In this document: one piece after another, positions 54,771-64,000 of the stretch | Position numbering within the stretch: position 1 is the first letter of the stretch | How the letters are laid out: the number at the start of each line of letters is the position of its first letter | DNA from: Podarcis tiliguerta | Lineage: Eukaryota | Strand: one strand, 5' to 3' | Assembly (NCBI GenBank): GCA_965153285.1 | Contig: OZ229121.1 | DNA length: 64,000 bases | The notes under the pieces: model-generated | The model's input: the letters and a program-made list of their open reading frames with translations, nothing else | Database searches by the model: none | What the model was told of the DNA's origin: nothing | Made by a program: the position numbers and the translations under genes

Positions 54771-55131
54771 GGTTAGGCAAGTGGTAGAACACAGAATTTA
54801 CATGCAAAAGGAAATGCTGTTGACTTCCATGAGGGCTTTGGAAGCAAAACTGAATTTCCACTCGACGTCTGCCAGGGAGCCTGCGGAACTCACATCCCCT
54901 GCCTTCTCCCTCTTAACCTCAAGTGTACATAGCCTACCACGAGGGTCGGTCCACGTGCTAACAACTTTTCCACGAAAAAACGTAACGAGCTGGCCCTTAA
55001 AAAACACTTCTGTGATGTTAAAGAGGGGGAAAACTCCGTTTTAGATCATGTGTGAAGAACAAGCGTGTAGCGAGGTGCGTGTGTGTAATGCTCAGATACG
55101 GGGTGGAGGGGGGATATTTGCCACGACTTAC

Positions 55132-55202
55132 TCCGGCGGAGATAGGCAGGCACTACTATTAGCCGGGAAGAGAAACGAAATGGACCCACTGCGACGGAAA
55201 AG
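55132..55202 (-). ncRNA. Exon 1 of divergent snoRNA host lncRNA (SNHG26-like)
   Basis: Begins CTTTTCC (TCT/5'TOP initiator), no ATG, ends at perfect donor GA|GTAAGT. Confidence 0.65.
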
Positions 55203-55536
55203 GTGGGGGAAAAACCGACTCCTGAATGTAGGAATTTCCATCCAATATTGGCGCGTCCTCATCCGCCAGTCATGAAGCGTAGCCGATTTCAACACATTTC
55301 GTTTTCGCTTCGCCCTACGCGGCAAGCTCGGCTCTAGGTTTCCTCAGCAGCGGCTGCCGTTCCCGCCTTTCCCAGCCGGCCTGAGGCGGCGCCGCTGCCC
55401 TACAACACATCCTCGCCGAGTAGGCCTCCCCTCCGCGCGCATGCGCCGTAGCGCCAGGAAGCAAAAGGCAGGCCTTTCTTTACCACCCTCGCCTCTCGCC
55501 CTTCGCTGCCTCCGACACGACGACCCGGCCGCCGCC

Positions 55537-55639
55537 ATGCCGAAGCTGAGCAAAGAGTCCAAGCAGCGCCTGCAGCACTTGTTCAAGGGCGGGCAGTTTG
55601 CCATCCGGTGGGGCTTCATCCCGGTAGTACTCTATCTAG
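55537..55639 (+). CDS. TOMM7: TOMM7 exon 1 (MPKLSKESKQRLQHLFKGGQFAIRWGFIPVVLYLG)
   Basis: Kozak gccgccATG; Tom7 signature AIRWGFIP; donor G|gtcagt. Confidence 0.97.
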
Positions 55640-56145
55640 GTCAGTTCTGAGCTGGGGACAGCAAGTAGGTTGCCGCGGGCAGCTTGGTCACGGAAGACTC
55701 GGTATACTCTGACTTGAGGCAGGCGGCGGGGGCGGGGCGGGGCAGCTTCCCGAACCGTTAACGGTCCGTTAACGGTCTTCCCGTCAACGGCTGGTTCGAG
55801 CGCGCGCGGCGCGTCTTCTTGGAACGCGGCGGCGATAGTGACGCAACCGAGAGGAACTCGCGCGGTGAGGCGAGTCACGTGGCCGATTCCCCATAGCTCC
55901 TCGTGATTAGCGGGGAGAGCGCCCTGTGGGGCAGAAGCGGCTCCTTGCACTTATCCGCTTCCGTTCCCTGAACCAAAATTCTCCGCTTCACAGCTCACTT
56001 TAGCGCTGGTAGTTTCGGATTTAACCTAGAGAAAAGGCAAGCAGGCTGCATCGTGAAAGCCCTCCTGTTTTTTCTTTCCTTGCCTAGTACTCGTTGGAAG
56101 GCGAGCTTGTGTGAATATGGTGATAGAAGGATCTCCTGTGACCGT

Positions 56146-56283
56146 CAGTGTTTTCCAAACTCGGTCTCCAGCTGTTTTTGGACTAGAATTCCCATCACCC
56201 CTGACCTCACTGGTCTTGCCCGCTAGGGATGATGGGAGTTGTAGTCCCAAAAACAGCTGGAGACCCGAGTTTGGGAAACACTG
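56146..56283. mobile_element. Palindromic MITE (same interior family as 21004-21139)
   Basis: cagtgttttccaaactcgg / ccgagtttgggaaacactg inverted ends; self-complementary interior. Confidence 0.8.
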
Positions 56284-56957
56284 CTTCAGACTGTCTGTGG
56301 GCGACACAACTGTTGGATGCTCTTGTGTGCTGAAAGTTATAACACCTTGCAAGAAGAAGTTATTATATCCAGCAGTAAGCTGGGCTACATTTGTCTCTCT
56401 GGTGTGCTAGCTTTCTGCTTGAGTGAGCTGAATGGAGGAATGGGTGAATAATCACCGACAATCTCCCCACCCCAGTTTGCAAGACAGACTGAAGTTGCTT
56501 ATAAATAGTTTTAGTTTTCAGAATTCTGTATTTCACGATTATGTGAACTCCTAAATGTGTTTAAGCATGACACAAAGGTAAACATGGTTAAAATTGCTCA
56601 CAGGTGTGTTATTTCTTTTGTGGTATCAGGAGTTTGTTTAGAAGTCAGCAGATTTCTGAAAACTAGAGGCCAATTTTTAGAATGTTCTTAGAATTGCCCA
56701 GGCCAAGCTCAATTAGTTCAGCAAGGATTCTGTTCTATGAAGTGTCATTGACAACCTCTTTTTCATTTGCTGGGAAATAAATTATTCCATTATCCATGGG
56801 CCTGTTGTGCAGGACATTTCTTACTGAATTCCATTAACAATGCAGTAAAGTCCTATTTATTAGTAAGATCAGAGACTGTCTTTCTCTGTCTGGTGGATTT
56901 GGTGGGCAACATACATCATGCCACAAAATAAGGACTGTTTTAGATGTCAGAGATACT

Positions 56958-56995
56958 TTTAGAAGAGTATTCTTTCTTTAGAAGAGTATTCTTTC
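56958..56995. repeat. Perfect 19-bp tandem duplication (tttagaagagtattctttc x2)
   Basis: Directly visible. Confidence 0.9.
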
Positions 56996-57355
56996 TTCCC
57001 AGGCAGATTATCAGTGCAATTCTAACTTGGAATCTATCTAAATCCTAATACATTTAATGGTGCTTACACTCAGGTAAGTATGGGGTTAGGCTTGCAGCCC
57101 AAGTCACCTGCTGGTGCAGAGGAGTGGGGTTTTCAATGTGTGTTGCTGAGCACGCAATAGAATGGACCCCTTTCTTTGCACTTCTACTTTATGGCATGTT
57201 GGGGTGGGGAGTGCAGGAGACTGTATCAAAGTGCAATGCTATCTATTACATTACTGTGGCTAGTCATGTGTGCATTAATTCTAGAAATATTTATTATATG
57301 TAAAAGCAATAATATATTCATGATATAAACTGACAGATACATTGTTTGTAACTAG

Positions 57356-57404
57356 GATTTAAGAGAGGTGCAGATCCTGGAATGCCTGAGCCAACCGTTT
57401 TGAG
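57356..57404 (+). CDS. TOMM7: TOMM7 exon 2 (FKRGADPGMPEPTVLS)
   Basis: actag| and AG|gtatgt, 49 nt. Confidence 0.97.
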
Positions 57405-58007
57405 GTATGTTTTCACTAGTTAATACCTCAGCAGAAATAATGCCTGCTAAAGGAGAAAATAGAACATGTGCTTTGTGATTAACTTGGGAGGGGAGAGTTT
57501 GAAACTTATGCTACACTCCTACACTCACTTACCTAAGAGTAAGTCCCATTCCATTTATATATTTCTTACGCGTGCACTTACAGAAATATCACACAAATTA
57601 TATTTTAACTGTTGCTATATTCTCATGTAAGGTGTAGGTCAGGATTTGGTGCTACCATTTTTTAATTTAAGGGACACACCATAAGAAGGAAGTGTTATAT
57701 CTTTTGGTTGCTGACTTAAGTATATCATCAAGAGATATGACCTGATTGTGTCAAGTCCTCTTTCTCTTGGAATGAGCTTGCTTCAGTAACATTACAAACC
57801 AAAAACTGGTAACCATCGAATGACTTAAACACCGACAGCTTACCCTGCTTGAAACTGAATTTTTAAAAAGGCAGTGTATGTTGTTTGATCAATGTACAAG
57901 GCATAGGCCTTCTGTTTCATTTTGTTGTTGCCTGATGGCACTAATAAGGCCTCGTGGAAAATATGAGTGGTTACATGTTAAGAGTTGGGATGAAGTGGAG
58001 AGTAGGA

Positions 58008-58130
58008 GCCTAATAAAACTAGACTAATAAAGCCTAATAAAAAGCCTAATAAAACCTAATAAAACTAATCCACTCTGAAGCCTAACAGTTTGTTTTCCAA
58101 ACAGACTGTTAGGCTTCAGAGTGGATTAGT
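58008..58130. repeat. (CTAATAAA)-type tandem array fused to a 32-bp inverted repeat
   Basis: Five AATAAA at 58012-58063; arms 58064-58095 and 58099-58130 with one mismatch. Confidence 0.9.
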
Positions 58131-60689
58131 GGGAGAAACTTTTTTTTTTGCTGTTGCTGAGGCATGAATAAGTATAAAGTTTATGAATGACTACTAATGT
58201 TACTCCTACTGAGAGTAAGTCAATTTAAATCAGTGGACTTAAGTCAATTGATTTCAGTTGGTCTGTTTTGAGTATGATTTAGTTGTATATGACCAGTCAG
58301 AATCTACCTTCCAGGTATTGGTGGACTCCCACCATTCCTGGGGCTGATATGAGTTAAAGTCCAACAACATCTGAAAGGTGACAGGTTCTCCACCTGTGTC
58401 CTATGTGATCTCAGAGGTGGTTTAAAATTTGCTGGGTTTTTTTGTTTTGTTTTTTAAATTCAAAACAAACCAGATTGGCAGAAGGACTTTCCTTTCTTAT
58501 AAAATTCTGGAAGTAATAGAAAAAACCATTGAAGCTTTTCATTAATTTCTCCTTGCATTTATGGCACTTCTGCATGGTGACACTTTATTGTATGGATGCT
58601 ACTGAGAATTGGCATTAATGTAACATTTTATCATTTAATATTCTACACTCTGCTGTCTGACTGCTGTTTAGACTCCTGTAATTAAACTGTCATGTAAAAT
58701 CCCATTGTTTAAAAAATCTGCAGGTGATCAATTTATTCAATTTTATGTCTTGTCATCTGTCTGTGTTTTTGCATTTATGAGATTTAAAAGATAAAATGCA
58801 TCCTCTTCTTAATACAATACTTTCTTGTATTATCCAGTATGTTTAGGATATACAATTAAATGAGACTTGTTCTGTTAAGTGAAGTGAATGATGCCCAAAT
58901 TGGCTTTGTTGGATTGTATGCAGCATACATAGAGACACCCCCAATACACATGTACTCGCCAAGCATCCAGCACACTAACCACACTTGCACTTACATAATG
59001 TTCACATGCGAACACCCCTCCCCACACTCACTGCATATACAGCACACACACACACACCCCGCACTCATACAGCACATACATTCACCAGACACAGATACAC
59101 ACAACTGGTGCATTTCCAGGATTCCCCACTCAAGTGCCTTAGAGCTTCTTCTGACACTTTGGGATCACCGTTTTTGGTGACTGGGACCAAAGTGCTATTA
59201 ATTTCTGCACTAAAACATGGGGTTTCCATTACTGTGGCCTGAACCAACATGTGGTATTAAATCATTCATTCATTCATTCATTCATTTAGATGTGTCACAC
59301 ATATTTGAAATGGTCAACACATTTAAGAAGTCTTTGTAGTAGTAATGAAATGGGTTGGGAAAGGAAGGGAAGAATGTGCTCCCCTTTAACTATTTTATAT
59401 TTTTGTCAGTCCTTGGAATCTTGAAGACCAATGGATGGGCAGAGAGAAAAAATGGATGTGATCATAGTGTTTACTATTTTGGGGGATAGTTTAGTAGCAT
59501 AATTGGGGTGGACTCTGACAGTGAACTCTTATGTTTACTCAAAAACTGGGACTTAATGGGACTTACTCCTAGGTAAAATGGCAGCCTAAATACACAATAT
59601 CATAAATTTGCTCGGGATTAAAGTGAGTGTAAATGAGATGAAGCATTGAGAAGATGCCACTAATTTCTTGTTTGTGGCTTGAACCATATTATTTAGTACC
59701 TAAATAATCTTGCTGACTTTTAAAAGCAAAAACTGTCTTTCTAGCTATTATTTGGCCTTTCCAACCAATCAACTGAGCTGACTTATCATAACTTCAGTCG
59801 CTTATTATGTTACATGTTTCATCTTTGATTTCACCCTGGTATGAGTGATAATAGATAGAATAATATCTAGAATTTTATTTCTAGAGTCCCTGATGGATTG
59901 CCAGGTTCCCTTGAAAATAATGGTTGGGATTGTGAGCATTTTTGGAGAGCAGTGTAATATGGATAAGCCTTAATATTACTTGTCTGTGTCAATATAGGTT
60001 ACTTTCAAGATCAGTCATAATATTACAATTTCTTTAAGCCACCTCAGAATTGCACTGAAAGAATGTGACAGTATACTAAGAAAGCAAGAAAGAGAGAGAG
60101 AGAGAGAGAGCGAAACTAGAAGGCAGATAAAATACCCCCAAATGTATTCTACAGTCACATGAATGTTAATTCCATCTTATATGGTTGGGTGCATTTAGCA
60201 CTTTAAATATGATGGTGTTCCTAATGGCCACATCAGTATCTGTTATGTATTGATGATTGAATTCAAACCTTAATCCAAGCCTAAACCCCACCTCTGTCAC
60301 TGTTGGGTAGCCTAGGCTGACTACCCCTCAGCTGCAGGTGATTATCAGAGTGGAACTGAATAAAGTATCCCTAGTCTCTTCTAATGATTCTACATTTGCT
60401 CTGTTCTGTTAATTAATATGGCTTACTTGCATCTGCACTGGCTGACCTTCCACGGTTATTGAATACGTTATTGAATGTGTAAAGCTGCAGCTCTGTACTC
60501 AATTACATAATAATTACAACAATGCAATCAACAGGACTTGCTTCTCATTAGACATGTATAGAACTGTGCTGTAAGTGACAAAGTTGTACTTTTTAGTATT
60601 TCTTGAAAGAGCTGTTCTGCTGGTAACAGCATCATAAGACTTGTGATCAACATAGTTTTTCCCCCTTTTTCTTCCTCCACCTCTCTTAG

Positions 60690-60705
60690 CCTACTATGGG
60701 GATGA
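60690..60705 (+). CDS. TOMM7: TOMM7 exon 3 (LLWG*), total 55 aa
   Basis: Long pyrimidine tract + ttag|; 103+49+16=168 nt. Confidence 0.95.
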
Positions 60706-60912
60706 AGGAGTTAACCACAGCATTCTGGAAGCCGGCTGCTGCTGAGCAGGAAAAAAAGATGGAGATGCATACATTCCAAAGGCTGGGAAAAACAGCACTG
60801 AGCTATGACACTGGCAAGCAGACTTCCCTGACAACATGGAATATGCTTACAACATAATGGAATTTCCATCTGTCTAATTTATTTGTGTTACACTTTCGTT
60901 TTTTCCCTTTAG

Positions 60913-60918
60913 AATAAA
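60913..60918 (+). terminator. TOMM7: TOMM7 polyadenylation signal AATAAA
   Basis: First AATAAA ~210 nt after the stop codon. Confidence 0.75.
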
Positions 60919-61013
60919 TATTTTGTCTGAAATTCTTTAATGAGGAAATCTAATTTTTGCAGGTCATGACACATGCTAAGACTCATTTCCCTTTACATCC
61001 AACTGCTGGATTT

Positions 61014-61315
61014 CATAGAATTGTTGGAAGGGACCCTAAGGGCCATCTAGTTCAACCCCCCTGCAGAGCAAGATTCACAGCCAAAAAATCCCAGACAGAT
61101 GGCCATCCAACTTCTGTTTTAAAAAATCCCATGAGGGAGAGTCTACTATCTTCCAAGGTACTTTGTTCCACTGTCTTAACATCTCCTACAGTCAGAAAGT
61201 TCTTCCTAGTATTTAGTCAGAATCTCATTTCTTGTAATTTGAATGCATTGGGTTGAGTCCTATCCTCTGGAGCAGGAGAAACAAGCTTGCTCCATCTTAT
61301 GTGTGACAGCCCTCC
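61014..61315 (-). mobile_element. CR1 LINE 3' fragment
   Basis: Reverse complement resembles the 53849-54225 fragment; begins catagaattgttggaaggg. Confidence 0.6.
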
Positions 61316-63845
61316 AGTTTTACTGTGTTCAAGCTAAACATAGCCTTATTATTTCAACCTCATCTTTGTAGTCATCAGACACTGGGTTGTTCGTACATGG
61401 GTTATCTTTGGTGACACTACAGAGGGGAAATGCTGCATATGCATCAATAAGCATTATCTTCAACAATGCCCTCCTTTCCACATACCTACAATAATAGTAC
61501 AGACAGTTTAATCTTGACAAACCTTAGGCATGTCTGGGAGCCAGAGACTGCAGTTATGAAGCTACAGAAACATAGAATGTACTGTTATTATTATTATTTT
61601 TTTACAAACCTAGCTTTCCTGGCAAGAGTGGGGTGGTGATATATCTGTTTGTTAGTTGTGGCTTGGAGAAAACACCGTACTTCCAAAAGAGTTCTGGCTA
61701 GTTGTGAGGAAGTCATTCCTAAGTGGTAAGGAATGTACCAACCAATAAGCCACTGTTTAGTTTCCCATTAGAATGTGTTTGACGTAGTATAGGGGGCACT
61801 CCTGTGTGTTCGTCCTTTGCACGCACAGAGAAAGAAGATCAATAATTGCTTTACCAGTGTCCCAACATTTCGAAAGCTCACTGGGTCAGCCCTTCAGTCT
61901 ACATCAGTGGCTAAGCAAAAGCTTGGAAGGTCAGGAAGATTTGATCAGACCCCTGTTAGTCTTGGCAGTGGCAGAAAATAAGTATACAGTGTTGATGTGA
62001 GTGAAGCCCAGTGCCCTAATGGGGGATGCAGAGCACTGCTCTCCAATCAGTGTACTGACAATTTGTTGAAAAGAGATGGGGCTCAAAAAAACACACCCTG
62101 CCTTTCCCCAAAGAATAAAGGGGGTAACTAGCTGAGGAACCAGTTGTCAGAATCTGCTAAGATTTTGATAAGGTCTGAATATGTACATGCCTATACCTAT
62201 CCACCACTTTGGTGATGACCTCTGGCTGCTGACTTGCCAACAGGCAAGATTCCCTTAGGTCTAGTGTTCCCAGCATAGTGTCTTCAGACACACCCCTTAG
62301 CACTCAACAAGGCCCTCTGCTCCTGGTTTCAGTTTGGGATGGAGGTGGTGGGAGTGCCTTTTTGAGGTGGTGTGTTTCCTGTCTTTTTGTTCTCTGTTTT
62401 ATTTTTGGAGGGATGTAGGTGATTTGCGAGTTGTTTGTGAGAGGATCTAAGCATAAACCATTTGGGATATTTCTTTAGGCCCCACATGACTGCTTCCTAA
62501 ATTTCCAAAAGTGACCCCTGGCCTAAAAAGGTTGGGGACCTTACTACGTCCGGACTCATACTTGACATCCAATAAAGATTGATATGTCAGTACATTTAAC
62601 TCCATGATACATGTTCTTTCAGTTCCCAGAAAAGTCCAGGATGCAGAAGTTAAGAGTTGGTGTACGTAGCCAGATGGCAGTTCTGAGCGAGTCAGACTAT
62701 TTATTTCCTTCTTGCTATGCCTGAAGAGTGCCCAGTAAAGCAGAAAGATGGCGAGAGGAAGCTGCGTCAACTTTGTAGTGCAGTTAAGAGAATGAATTAT
62801 GAAATATTTGGTCCAAGTACTCAGCTGTGGATTTGCTGAGTGGCTTTGGACAAGTAGTTATTTCTTGGCTTCATCTGCCCACCTATAGGTTGGGTATTGT
62901 AATACAGCATTGCCTATCAGGGCTTTCCCAAGGATTACTATGATAATGCATTTGGATTTAAGTATTTAGAAAAAGTACTACATCAAGAGATGTAATGAGG
63001 AAGCAGGACAAAGATGAAAGACTTATTTGGTTCAGTGGTACTTACTCCCAAAAGTGTACAGAGAACTTCAGTCTTAAGTATTATTAATTCACTCGTAACT
63101 GCTAATGTCTGTTAGGTAGGCTTATTACTTATATAACAGAAATATCAATTATCCAAGTGCATACAGGCACTTTCCAACATGCAGCAGCCACCCAAACAAA
63201 ACCCACTGCTGTATTTTAAGAATATCATCTTCCCCCTTTGGGAAAAGAAAATCAGTCTTCCATCATGCCTTTATTGTGGCTATCAGAAAAGGAAACATCA
63301 GCCAGGCTCCTTTCCATTGTTCCTGCATTCAGCTTCTGAGAGCCTGTTACCACCCTCCATCTGCCATTGTGCAGACTACCAGAGGGATGTGGGGAAGCAG
63401 CCACCCCTGAATTGAAGCAATTTGTACAATGGAGCGTAATGAGCTCTAACTCTCTAACCAGTACCTGAATGGGAGTGCTGTTTCAAATCTCAGTAGCAGC
63501 AGCATGAAGGGGGGGCCTGAAAACTGAAACATGCAAAGGAGAAGCAGCATAAGGTAATTTAAACAATTTGCTACTTTTTGTTACTATTTCTTTTGTTGAT
63601 GTAGTTTCCCACCATTGTTATTTGATGACAGGTAAGCTGCCGTAGGATGTGAAAATGCCGAAAAGTGGAATAGAAATCAAAGGCACAAAATTGAGTGTGA
63701 GCAATGTGATATATGTAGTTTCACACACACACACACAAATTCAAATTTAATCTTCCCCAAATAAAAGCAAACATAAAAATATGAAGAGCCCTTGCAGTTT
63801 GAAATGCATCTGGTCTCCAGCATTAATTTTAACCATTATTGTAGT

Positions 63846-63878
63846 TCTCTCTCTCTCTATATATATAGAGAGATAGAA

Positions 63879-63935
<57 letters not shown>
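63846..63935. repeat. (CT)n/(TA)n microsatellite
   Basis: Directly visible. Confidence 0.95.
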
Positions 63936-63937
<2 letters not shown>

Positions 63938-64000
63938 AGCCCATCCCCTTGAAAAACAGCCCACTGAAGATTCTGTATGTTCACTGGCCCCAGAATGTAA

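Larger units (their letters stand above)
55050..56010. promoter_or_regulatory. CpG island; bidirectional promoter for TOMM7 and the snoRNA host gene
   Basis: CpG rich; TCT-type initiators on both strands (55202 minus, 55474 plus); NRF1 motif GCGCATGCGC 55437-55446; CCAATATTGG 55242-55251. Confidence 0.8.

Noticed and set aside
55441-55536. In-frame upstream ATG extending TOMM7 by 32 aa
   Set aside because: The ATG lies inside the NRF1 motif, upstream of the likely TSS (55474); the strong-Kozak ATG at 55537 gives the canonical 55 aa

Overview
Vertebrate genomic DNA, most likely a squamate (lacertid-type lizard, inferred from a Sauria SINE, CR1/L2 fragments and Tc1/hAT MITEs). Two protein-coding genes lie on the + strand. 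FAM126A/HYCC1 (hyccin) has a CpG-island promoter at ~4.1-5.5 kb, 10 coding exons at 16447-32725 giving 513 aa, an alternative exon at 31010 giving a 419-aa isoform, and a ~3.7 kb 3'UTR. TOMM7 has 3 exons at 55537-60705 (55 aa). The main feature the ORF track misses is a minus-strand non-coding snoRNA host gene (SNHG26-like). It is transcribed divergently from the TOMM7 CpG island from a TCT/5'TOP-type start and has tiny exons. It hosts a C/D snoRNA recognisable as SNORD93 (51467-51556), whose guide register appears shifted, and possibly a second H/ACA-shaped RNA (~52429-52568). Other points: an RBFOX motif cluster flanking the alternative FAM126A exon, a 32-bp hairpin next to an AATAAA array in TOMM7 intron 2, a CTCF site, and many TE remnants. 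Homology statements rest on recalled sequences; no searches were run.
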